This document shows positions 49,788 through 57,955 of a DNA stretch of 64,000 nucleotides, in pieces; position 1 is the first letter of the stretch, and each line of letters opens with the position of its first letter. The notes below the pieces were generated by a model that ran no database searches, was not told where the DNA came from, and was given only the letters and a program-made list of their open reading frames with translations. The stretch lies in assembly GCA_963801355.1 (NCBI GenBank), contig CAWDEM010000008.1, positions 480,001 to 544,000 on the forward strand. Reading direction: 5' to 3'. This stretch comes from Ignavibacteriota bacterium (GTDB lineage Bacteria > Bacteroidota > Ignavibacteria > UBA10030 > UBA6906). The translations under genes and the position numbers were made by a program.

Positions 49788-51664
49788 GGAAGTAGGGAAT
49801 TCCTCTCCTGGATAAGTGTGAATCGCACGCATCTGCTGAGACTGTCGGCCCCTGATCGTATGGCTCCCGGCGGTGGCTCCGGGCTTCCCTGTGCGTTCAG
49901 CCGGGTCCGGGGGATCCCGAGCGACGCGAGCAGATCCTGTGCGGCCCTGGCGCGCGCTGTGGCCAGTCGGCGGTTTACTTCTTCCGTTCCTGTCAGATCG
50001 CTGTGCCCGGTGATCCGGATAACTGTCCCGGGAAATCTCCGGAGGTAATCGCGAACGCCGGCGCAATGTTTCCGGTCGGCGGGCTGGATAACGGAGGAGC
50101 CCAGTGCAAAGTGGAGGCGCACCGGGAGTTCGGGCACGCCGATGGCGCTCGCATTCGTGTAGGTGCGGACCCCCGGGATAGCGCCGAGCATCGCGTCGAC
50201 CTTCCCGCGGAGCTCGTCGTCGGCTATCCAACCCGTCACGGAAAGATCCGGACCGGTGTTTCGCGTTTCGAGAAACACTCCCTCGACCCGGTTGAGGATC
50301 CTGGTGATTTCATCCACACGTAATGCCGTGAAGACCGGAAAAGACGGCCCGGCATCCGGCGTGATGCTGTTCACGATGACGGCATCATGAGCCGATGTTC
50401 TGGCGATTGCTTCAGCGCGTGTGCGCTGGAATTCGTTGATGGTCCTCCCTTCAAGTTGCACGACTCCCCATTCGGCCTGAACGGAGACGCCGGCAAGGGC
50501 CAGAGGTTTTGCAGCGTGAAGGGCTGTGCGAATGGTCTCTTCCAGATTGCGATCCCGGCTGTCACGATAGAGATGGATTCCGATGAGAATCGCAGCCAGC
50601 AGCAAAAGCAAACTGGCGAAAATGGCGGCACCGTAGGGCCTCCGCGTGCCTGGCGCCAATGGCCGTTCATTTGATCTCGAGACTAGAGTCTCTACGCTTT
50701 GCAGCACGCGTGCAGGGACGGAGGCGGTGTCACCGGAGAACCGCTCGAGGAGCCCATCGGATTCCTCGAGGATTTCTGTCATGGTCGTGTGGAGAACTTT
50801 TTGGAGTCTTTCTCTGGGAGTCCCGCGGACCACCACTGCCAGATAACAGTAGCCGGCCACCTCAAGCACGATCTTGGCGTCCCCGTATCCAATCTGGTCA
50901 AGCTCGCGGGGCTGCTGCTCCGCTGTCATGGAATCGTTGAACAGCGACCGGATTGCTGTCAGCATGCCGGAGAGCAGGTCGGGGTCCAGCATGGGACTTG
51001 CAGGGTTTTGTGCCTGGGCGATGACGAGTCCTGAAGGCTTGTGAATCAGGAAGGCGGCATCGATTGTCCATGTGACTGCCTCACGGAGGATGAGTTCCGC
51101 TTCACTTACACCCAGCATCCGTGCGCGAAATTTCCGGGTAAGGGATTTGAAACTGAGGTTTGCCTCGATGCGTTCATTGATCGTCTGGACGAGCGTGGCA
51201 AGCGTATGGGAAAGGTACTTGGAAATTGTGCTGCCCATGACGGGATACAGCGCATCAATCATCGCATCCCGTTCACCTTTGAGCTGGTCTTTGATTGCGG
51301 CACCCACGAGCGGACCCAGATCCAGTGCGGCCGCGTGGGGCTCACTGGCGAAGTGCCGGGCGATTGCTCCGGTGCTGGCAGGGGCGAGGGCGGCAGCCAT
51401 GGCGTCCGGGTCCTGCGAAATCCGGTCACTCAAAGCTTGATCAAGGAAGGGTGTGATCGCCTTGACAAGGGCATGCTGCAGGCCGGGAGTCCCCGAGCGG
51501 AACACGGCCGCCACGACCGGTGCAAGGAGCTTTGTGGCCCTTTCCGGATTCTCAAGCTGATGGCGAAGATCTTCCAGCTCTGTTCCGAGTCCGTGGAGCG
51601 CTGCCACTTCCGGAGAAAGCAGAAGATCACGGAGTTGGTTGTATTCCGTTCCTCCATCAGTCAC
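49784..51664 (-). CDS. Inner-membrane protein: helical N-region, longin/roadblock-like domain, TM, BON-BON, OmpA-like domain
   Basis: 'AAFLIHKPSGLVIA..DPDLLSGMLTAIRSLF'; TM 'AAIFASLLLLLAAILIGIHLY'; BON-like 'VSVQAEWGVVQLEG' and 'LSVTGWI'; OmpA 'ITGHSDLTGTEEVNRRLATARA'. Confidence 0.88.
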   Translation of the reverse strand: MTDGGTEYNQLRDLLLSPEVAALHGLGTELEDLRHQLENPERATKLLAPVVAAVFRSGTPGLQHALVKAITPFLDQALSDRISQDPDAMAAALAPASTGAIARHFASEPHAAALDLGPLVGAAIKDQLKGERDAMIDALYPVMGSTISKYLSHTLATLVQTINERIEANLSFKSLTRKFRARMLGVSEAELILREAVTWTIDAAFLIHKPSGLVIAQAQNPASPMLDPDLLSGMLTAIRSLFNDSMTAEQQPRELDQIGYGDAKIVLEVAGYCYLAVVVRGTPRERLQKVLHTTMTEILEESDGLLERFSGDTASVPARVLQSVETLVSRSNERPLAPGTRRPYGAAIFASLLLLLAAILIGIHLYRDSRDRNLEETIRTALHAAKPLALAGVSVQAEWGVVQLEGRTINEFQRTRAEAIARTSAHDAVIVNSITPDAGPSFPVFTALRVDEITRILNRVEGVFLETRNTGPDLSVTGWIADDELRGKVDAMLGAIPGVRTYTNASAIGVPELPVRLHFALGSSVIQPADRKHCAGVRDYLRRFPGTVIRITGHSDLTGTEEVNRRLATARARAAQDLLASLGIPRTRLNAQGSPEPPPGAIRSGADSLSRCVRFTLIQERNSLLP

Positions 51665-51667
51665 AGG

Positions 51668-52123
51668 CTAATCTCCCTGTGCTTTCCGGGCGGTCTTGTG
51701 GAGGGATTCGACGATCCCGACACCCTTGAGCTTCAGAGCCAGCTCCTGGAGGAGCTCAGCCATGATTTCGCGGGACACCTTGCCATCGCTGAGTGCGGCG
51801 ACGTGGGTTTCGAGGTCTTTGGAGAGCTGTTCCTTGACCGAACGGATTTCGGTATGAAGCTTCGCCGTTTGTTCCGAGAGTGTGGTGGAGAGCTGACGGG
51901 CCTGCTGATCGACAACGCGCTGTAGGGCAGCGATTTCCGACTTCAGAGACGCTTCGAGTTCCTCACTGCGAGCCTGAGATTCCTCTTTCGCGCTCCGGAG
52001 GTCGGCGAAAGCCCTGTCGAATTTCTGGTCATAATCCCGTTTCTGGGGGCCGAGAAGAATGTCACGGATCTGATTGATGTGATCCCCATCTTTCAACGAT
52101 CCATCATCCGGGGTTTTAGCCAT
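51668..52123 (-). CDS. Small coiled-coil protein
   Basis: GAGG RBS; 'INQIRDILLGPQKRDYDQKF' followed by heptad-rich helix; ends 3 nt before the OmpA-domain gene start. Confidence 0.8.
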   Translation of the reverse strand: MAKTPDDGSLKDGDHINQIRDILLGPQKRDYDQKFDRAFADLRSAKEESQARSEELEASLKSEIAALQRVVDQQARQLSTTLSEQTAKLHTEIRSVKEQLSKDLETHVAALSDGKVSREIMAELLQELALKLKGVGIVESLHKTARKAQGD

Positions 52124-52184
52124 TGCAGACCTCACTGGAGGTAAAAAAGACAAGGATAGTTGGGCAGGAGCAAGCATCGGGGAA

Positions 52185-52213
52185 AATGTACGAAAGCCCG
52201 AGTACTAAAACAA
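52185..52213 (-). promoter_or_regulatory. Sigma70-like promoter for the GTPase operon
   Basis: Minus strand TTGTTT (52213-52208) - 17 bp - TACATT (52190-52185). Confidence 0.5.
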
Positions 52214-52319
52214 GAAACCGGTTAATTTTATGGGTGAAGGCCTGATTCAAAAAATGGGGCATTGGTCAACGAGGCATATGGGGGGCACAACGGGATCTTC
52301 AGTCGACGCCAGGCAAGCT

Positions 52320-52360
52320 CTCAATGCCCGCCCGGAAAGCCTCTCCGGACGGGCACTGAG
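52320..52360 (-). terminator. Stem-loop downstream of the lipoprotein gene
   Basis: CTCAATGCCCGCCCGGA / TCCGGACGGGCACTGAG imperfect 17-bp stem, 9 nt after the stop codon. Confidence 0.55.
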
Positions 52361-52369
52361 ATGAGCCGG

Positions 52370-52720
52370 TCATTTATCCGACGCGTCCACCCGCAGTGAG
52401 GGCGGGGTGCTGTTGACTACCACCACCGTGTAGTTCATGTCCTCTTCCGCATTAAAGCTGGCCGTGGGTGACACCGACTCACTCTGGATCGCGGCGGTCG
52501 CCACGCACGTTCCTGTGTTAATATCCTGGTAATTTGTTGCGGTCGCACCAGCTACATCGTTGATATTTATGGTGTTGCCATCCTGGAACTTGAGCTGAAT
52601 ATTCGCCTTACCTGTGCGTTCATTGAGAACCCGGGCGCTTGGCGGATCGCTGGAGCAGCCGGACAAACCAATGAGCAGCAACATCAGGACACTCAGAGTT
52701 AATACGGCACTTGTACGCAT
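52370..52720 (-). CDS. Small lipoprotein (beta-sandwich-like)
   Basis: AGGGAG RBS; signal peptide with lipobox 'LSGC'; 116 aa, beta-rich. Confidence 0.85.
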   Translation of the reverse strand: MRTSAVLTLSVLMLLLIGLSGCSSDPPSARVLNERTGKANIQLKFQDGNTININDVAGATATNYQDINTGTCVATAAIQSESVSPTASFNAEEDMNYTVVVVNSTPPSLRVDASDK

Positions 52721-52809
52721 GGCTATCTCCCTTGATGGGTTTTCTAAGATACTCGAACCCTTTTGTTACCGGGCCTTTCAGGAACAGTCCCACATCCACA
52801 CTAGTTTCC

Positions 52810-52824
52810 GCGAACCTTGTGCCA
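52810..52824 (-). promoter_or_regulatory. Candidate sigma-54 (-24/-12) promoter
   Basis: Minus strand TGGCACAAGGTTCGC = TGGCAC-N5-TCGC, with exact GG-N10-GC spacing, about 90 bp upstream of the lipoprotein ATG. Confidence 0.6.
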
Positions 52825-53206
52825 CCATTGGGATTGGCGTTCTCTGGGGGGGATTCGAGGATCTAGCCCGTTCTGAGAATAACGATATTACCCATGAGTG
52901 TAATTTTTTCGAGAAGCCATTGTGCACCCCAGTAACGTGGCGACGGCCCCCGGGGTAAATGCGTTCACAGTAGTAGAAGTCCCCTGCAGTCGGCGGGCTA
53001 ACTCATATGTAAACAAAAGATTTGCGGGCTTTGAAATCAACTCTTGCTGTGGACTGCTTCAACCGCAGTAGTGCAAATCTGGAGAGTCTGCAGAGTCAGT
53101 ATGCAGGGTGATGCTCACCGGGCGTGCATATGTTTGTGGAATTGCCGATCTTCAATCTGAGTCTTCCCAATCCCCTTCCGCATCGATTACCGCACCGGAG
53201 GATGCA

Positions 53207-56200
53207 ATGACACGTCTTCTGCACTTGATGCACCTCAGAATTGCTCCAATTCTACTCACCTGTCTCATCGCGAACTATTCGGAAGGCCTGGCGCAAATGA
53301 CCGTCGAGAGAAACACGCTCACAACTGCCGGCAAAGCACTCGAAGCCTTCAAGTTTCCGCCTGCCGAATACCGGAGCACACCGCTGTGGGTCTGGAATGA
53401 TCTCATGACGCCGGGAGCTGTTGATGAAGGGCTTGCCGATCTGCAGCGTCATGGGATCGGCGGCGTCTTCATCCATCCGCGGCCCGGGCTGATCACCCCC
53501 TACCTCTCTGATGAATGGCTCTCACTCTGCCGTCGTGCCGTGCAAACGGGCAAGAAACTCGGGATGAAAATCTGGATATATGACGAGAATTCCTATCCGT
53601 CAGGTTTTGCGGGAGGCATCGTTCCCGAAAAAATGCCCGATGCGAAACGCACGGGGCTGAAAATGACGTCTGCGTCGGAGCTTCCTTCCAGGTTCGATAC
53701 CCCGCCTTTCCTTGTGCTGGCCGGGGATTCGGGCGGATACGCTGACATCACTTCCCAACTCGGGCTACAGCAGTTTGGTCCGGGGGAATACCGCATTTTC
53801 ACGTTGATACGCGAAGAACCAAAGCCGTGGCACGGCGGGTTCACCTACGTTGACGTCATGCGGCCGGAAGTAACACGGGAATTCATCGATGTCACGATGA
53901 ACGCCTACAAGCGCACATTCGGCGAGGAATTCGGGGCTGTTGTTCCCGGCGTGTTCCAGGATGAAGCGGAAATGCGGCCCGCCTCCGAGCCCGATGCGAA
54001 GGTCGTAAACTACACCCCGGCAATGTTTGACAGATTCAAGCAAAAATGGGGATACGACCTGAAGCCCCATCTCCCGTCGCTCTACGAGGAGACCGGGGAT
54101 TGGCGGCGCGTGCGTCACAACTTTCGCGCTACGCTCCTGGATCTCTTTATCAGAGGGTGGGCCGAATTGTACTACAACTATTGCACGGAAAATAACCTGA
54201 AATTGACGGGCCACTACTGGGAGCACGTGTGGCCCAATCCGGTGATGAACCCCGACAACATGGCGTGTGCGGCGTACGCACACATCCCCGGCATCGACGT
54301 GTTGATGAACGAATTCCGCGCTGATGTGGAGGGGCAGTTCGGCAACGCGCGTATCGTCAAAGAAATCCGCAGCGTGGCGAACCAGCTTGGCAAAGAGCGG
54401 ACCCTCTCCGAGACCTTCGGCGCCTCAGGCTGGGATCTGACATTTGAAGATCAGAAAAGAATCGCCGACTGGGAGTATGCCCTGGGTGTGAATTTCATGG
54501 ACCAGCACCTTTCCTATGTCACGATCAAAGGAGCGCGTAAGCGTGACTATCCGCTCTCGTTTTCGTACCATGAGCCCTGGTGGAAGTTCTACGGGATGCT
54601 GGGCGACTATTTCGGCCGGCTGAGTGTTGCCCTCTGCGCGGGCGATCAAAGCAACAGGATTCTCGTCCTGGAGCCAACAACGACCGCATGGATGTACGCC
54701 GGGCCGGATTGGACGAACAAGAACGTCGATGGCATCGGGAAGACGTTTCAGGGTTTCGTCAACCGGCTCGAAGCTGCGCAAATTGAGTACGACCTTGGAA
54801 GCGAGGACATTTTCCGCAATCATGCGCGGGTCAAGGGCCGCCACTTTGTGGTCGGGCAACGGGTCTACGATCTTGTGGTCATTCCTCCCGGGACGGAAAA
54901 CCTGGATGAAGCAACGGTTGCGCTTGTCCGCACCTATCTGGCCAACGGTGGCAGTGTGATCTGCTGTGACGAACCTCCCGGGTTCATCGACGGGGGTGCA
55001 AACGAGCGCGTGAAAGCCCTGGTCAAGGAATATCCTACCCTGTGGGTTCGGGCGAAAGAAGATAGCGTTCTGGAGATCATCAACCGGCTTTCCCCTCCGA
55101 TTCTGATGTTCCGTGATGCCTCCGGTAGGGCTTCTTCCATTCCCATGCTTTTCCATCACCGCCGGTCGCTGGAGGATTGTGAGATACTCTTTCTGGCAAA
55201 CACCGACAGCAGTCAGTACCGTTCGGGCCGGGTCGAGGCGCCCGGGCGCTCGTGTGAGAAATGGGATCCATTCACCGGGACCAGTATCCCCTACCCCTGC
55301 GCCGCGAAGGGAGAACGCCTTGAGATTGACTATTCCCTTCCCCCGGGTGGAAGCCTGCTGCTCTGTCTCCGCAGTTCGGGGGAACCGGTCTCATCGACGG
55401 CCGCCGCGCAATGGGTCGACGTTCCCGCCCGCGGACCTGCCGTCATAGGCCGCGTTGCGCCGAATGTGTTGACACTGGACTACTGCGACATCACACTCGG
55501 GGGGAAGACAGAGATCGATCTCTACTTCTACCAGGCCCAAGAGAAGGCGTACCAGCATCACGGGCTGGATCGAAATCCGTGGGACAATGCGGTACAATTC
55601 AAGCGGACGATTCTCGACAGGGATCATTTTGCACCCGCGAGCGGTTTTGAGGCAGCGTTCCATTTCACTCTTGCCGACGGCGTAAACCAGAAATCGATGC
55701 GTGCAGTAGTCGAGCGCCCCGAGCTTTTCCGGATCGCCGTCAACGGCAAGCCGGTTCAGCCGCTAGAAGATCAGTGGTGGCTGGACAAGGCCTTCGGCGT
55801 GTATGAAATCGGGAAACTGGTCACCACCGGATACAATACCCTCACCTTCACATCCTCACCCTTCACCATCCACAGTGAACTCGAACCGGTGTATCTGTTG
55901 GGTGATTTCTCGTTGGAAAGCGGTGCGAAGGGATTCCGGATTCTGCCCTCTCAGAAATTGTCCGCGGGCGCATGGAACGTGCAAGGGATGCCGTTCTATG
56001 CCGATGGCGTGAGCTACACGCAATCGTTCAATGTGACCGCCGGTCAGCTCAGGTCTCATCGGTTTGCCGTGCAATTGGAAAAATGGAAGGGGGTGGTGGC
56101 ACACGTAGCAGTGAACGGAAAGGACGCTGGACTTATCGCCTCGCCGCCGTACGAACTGGAAGTAACGCACGCCATGAAGGCGGGGTCGAACAAAGTCACC

Positions 56201-56383
56201 GTGACTGTATACGGCTCATTGAAAAACACGCTTGGCCCCCATCATAACAATCCTCCTCTCGGCCGGGCCTGGCCCTCGAAGTTCCAGGCCGGAGCGAAAG
56301 ACGGTCGTCCGGCGGGGAGTACGTATTCGACGGTCGGATATGGTATGTTTGAGAACTTCGTGCTGAAAGGAACCGGTAAATAG
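53207..56383 (+). CDS. Large secreted glycoside hydrolase (GH106 alpha-L-rhamnosidase-like, GH2-type sugar-binding C-terminus)
   Basis: GGAGGA RBS; 'FKFPPAEYRSTPLWVWND', 'WIYDENSYPSGFAGG', 'GVFQDE', 'PGIDVL', 'SETFG'. Family assignment is from recall. Confidence 0.75.
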   Translation: MTRLLHLMHLRIAPILLTCLIANYSEGLAQMTVERNTLTTAGKALEAFKFPPAEYRSTPLWVWNDLMTPGAVDEGLADLQRHGIGGVFIHPRPGLITPYLSDEWLSLCRRAVQTGKKLGMKIWIYDENSYPSGFAGGIVPEKMPDAKRTGLKMTSASELPSRFDTPPFLVLAGDSGGYADITSQLGLQQFGPGEYRIFTLIREEPKPWHGGFTYVDVMRPEVTREFIDVTMNAYKRTFGEEFGAVVPGVFQDEAEMRPASEPDAKVVNYTPAMFDRFKQKWGYDLKPHLPSLYEETGDWRRVRHNFRATLLDLFIRGWAELYYNYCTENNLKLTGHYWEHVWPNPVMNPDNMACAAYAHIPGIDVLMNEFRADVEGQFGNARIVKEIRSVANQLGKERTLSETFGASGWDLTFEDQKRIADWEYALGVNFMDQHLSYVTIKGARKRDYPLSFSYHEPWWKFYGMLGDYFGRLSVALCAGDQSNRILVLEPTTTAWMYAGPDWTNKNVDGIGKTFQGFVNRLEAAQIEYDLGSEDIFRNHARVKGRHFVVGQRVYDLVVIPPGTENLDEATVALVRTYLANGGSVICCDEPPGFIDGGANERVKALVKEYPTLWVRAKEDSVLEIINRLSPPILMFRDASGRASSIPMLFHHRRSLEDCEILFLANTDSSQYRSGRVEAPGRSCEKWDPFTGTSIPYPCAAKGERLEIDYSLPPGGSLLLCLRSSGEPVSSTAAAQWVDVPARGPAVIGRVAPNVLTLDYCDITLGGKTEIDLYFYQAQEKAYQHHGLDRNPWDNAVQFKRTILDRDHFAPASGFEAAFHFTLADGVNQKSMRAVVERPELFRIAVNGKPVQPLEDQWWLDKAFGVYEIGKLVTTGYNTLTFTSSPFTIHSELEPVYLLGDFSLESGAKGFRILPSQKLSAGAWNVQGMPFYADGVSYTQSFNVTAGQLRSHRFAVQLEKWKGVVAHVAVNGKDAGLIASPPYELEVTHAMKAGSNKVTVTVYGSLKNTLGPHHNNPPLGRAWPSKFQAGAKDGRPAGSTYSTVGYGMFENFVLKGTGK

Positions 56384-56463
56384 CGAGCGGAAAACACTTA
56401 GAACCGAGGCCGGATCAAGCAAGCGTACGCTCAAGCTCGTGGATTGGGCGGCAGTGAACCAGA

Positions 56464-56500
56464 AGGTCCGGAGGACTTGATGATGGAGTCCTCCGGACCT
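56464..56500. terminator. Perfect 14-bp hairpin between convergent genes (probable bidirectional terminator)
   Basis: AGGTCCGGAGGACT-tgatgatgg-AGTCCTCCGGACCT. Confidence 0.7.
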
Positions 56501-56532
56501 TGTCTTATCTGCGGTCCTCGCGTACGGGCATT

Positions 56533-57861
56533 CTAACGCCGAGGATTTTGTTTCTCGCGTTCGGTCTTCTCTGCCGGGGGTGTTGTTGCCGGTGCGCTCT
56601 TCTCGACCTCTTTTGTCGGAGGCTTCGGAGTGGCCGTGCGCTCGCGCTCCGGCCTGGGCGTCGGAGGTGTTGTCACCGGGGGTATTGTACTTCTCGGCGG
56701 TGTGCTCCTCTCGGTCTCCCTCGTCGTTGGCCGTGGAGTCGTTGTGCGCTCGCGCTCCTGCCTGGGCGTCGGAGGTGTTGTCACCGGGGGTGTTGTACTT
56801 CTCGGCGGTGTGCTCCTCTCGGTCTCCCTCGTCGTTGGCCGTGGAGTCGTTGTGCGCTCGCGCTCCGGCCTGGGCACCGAAGGGGCGATCACCGGGGGTA
56901 CACCGGTGGCTGCCGGCGTCCTCTTCTCGACCTCTCGTGTCGGTACTCTGGCGGTCGAACGCATTCCAGCCGGACGTGTCTTTTCGTACTGGGCGATCCC
57001 TTCTTTCCTCAAGTCAGGCCTCGAATAGGTTTCGGCGAAAGCTCCTTTTCGTTTTCTCTCTGACACAAAATGCGATCTGGACCGGAACTTCGCAAAATAG
57101 CGATTGTGTCCATCCGGGTTGCGGTAGTCGTGCCAGCGGCGATAATGGCCGAAGTAGTAATGGTAGTGGTGGTAATGATATCCCCAGTAGTAGTGCCAGT
57201 ATTGGGTTCTCCACGGACGCCACCACGATGGGTAGTGTGAATAGTACCAGGGGGAGAACCAGGGTCGATCAACCTCCATGTAAATGTAACGAATGACCGG
57301 CCAGCGTGCGACCTCAACAGTGGTCGTTCTGTACATGACAATCGTCCTGCCATCGGGTGCAAGCACCGTCTTTGAGGTCGTGCCGACGTAGCCGGGGTTT
57401 GGCGTCACCGATTCCGCTGTGGCGGAGGCCTGATCGTAGTTGGGTTCAATGATGTAGTTTTCGCCGTACAATGCCTCATCGCCGATCACCTGAATCAGCA
57501 CACGGTCGTTGGCGTCTCTGTCCACCTGAATGACCGCGACGTCCTGCCATTCAGTGCTGCTGATTGCCACTTTGAGCACGATGGAATGCGAATTCCCGAA
57601 AAAGTTGTCTTCCACCTGAATGAAATCTATATATCCATCCCCATCCAGGTCGAGGTTGTTGATGTTCAAATCCTCGGAGTTGAGTTTCTGCTCAAATTCT
57701 TCCAGGGTCGGACATTCCTGGAAGACCTCCAGTACCGCGTAAAGATTCAAGTTGTCGCCCGGCAGGCCCAGAGAGTCGGCCTGCATAACCTGTTGGGCCA
57801 CCGCGAAACAGCTGAGAGTCGTCAGCGTGATGAACAGGAGGAACAAGCGAAGTGGGTTCAT
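56533..57861 (-). CDS. Secreted hypothetical protein with EF-hand-like motif, Tyr/Trp/His-rich segment and Pro/Thr/Arg repeat tail
   Basis: Signal peptide; 'NNLDLDGDGYIDFI', 'IIGDEALYGENYIIEP'-like segment, 'YWHYYWGYHYHHYHYY'; low-complexity C-terminus. Confidence 0.8.
   Translation of the reverse strand: MNPLRLFLLFITLTTLSCFAVAQQVMQADSLGLPGDNLNLYAVLEVFQECPTLEEFEQKLNSEDLNINNLDLDGDGYIDFIQVEDNFFGNSHSIVLKVAISSTEWQDVAVIQVDRDANDRVLIQVIGDEALYGENYIIEPNYDQASATAESVTPNPGYVGTTSKTVLAPDGRTIVMYRTTTVEVARWPVIRYIYMEVDRPWFSPWYYSHYPSWWRPWRTQYWHYYWGYHYHHYHYYFGHYRRWHDYRNPDGHNRYFAKFRSRSHFVSERKRKGAFAETYSRPDLRKEGIAQYEKTRPAGMRSTARVPTREVEKRTPAATGVPPVIAPSVPRPERERTTTPRPTTRETERSTPPRSTTPPVTTPPTPRQERERTTTPRPTTRETERSTPPRSTIPPVTTPPTPRPERERTATPKPPTKEVEKSAPATTPPAEKTEREKQNPRR
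56636..56875. repeat. 108-bp (36-aa) in-frame tandem repeat, about 2.2 copies
   Basis: GTGCGCTCGCGCTCC recurs at 56636, 56744 and 56852; encodes PRPERERTTTPRPTTRETERSTPPRSTTPPVTTPPT. Confidence 0.92.
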
Positions 57862-57955
57862 GGTGGCAATATCCTCTGTCGAGAGACATAAGGTGTGCAA
57901 CACAGCGGGTGTAAGACTCTGGCAAAAGTAACAAATCTTCATGTACAAATACAAT

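Noticed and set aside
49788-50231. 148-aa N-terminal extension of the GTPase (326-aa ORF call)
   Set aside because: It overlaps the OmpA domain in another frame and is low-complexity Arg/Pro-rich; the ATGA-coupled start at 49787 gives a typical GTPase length.
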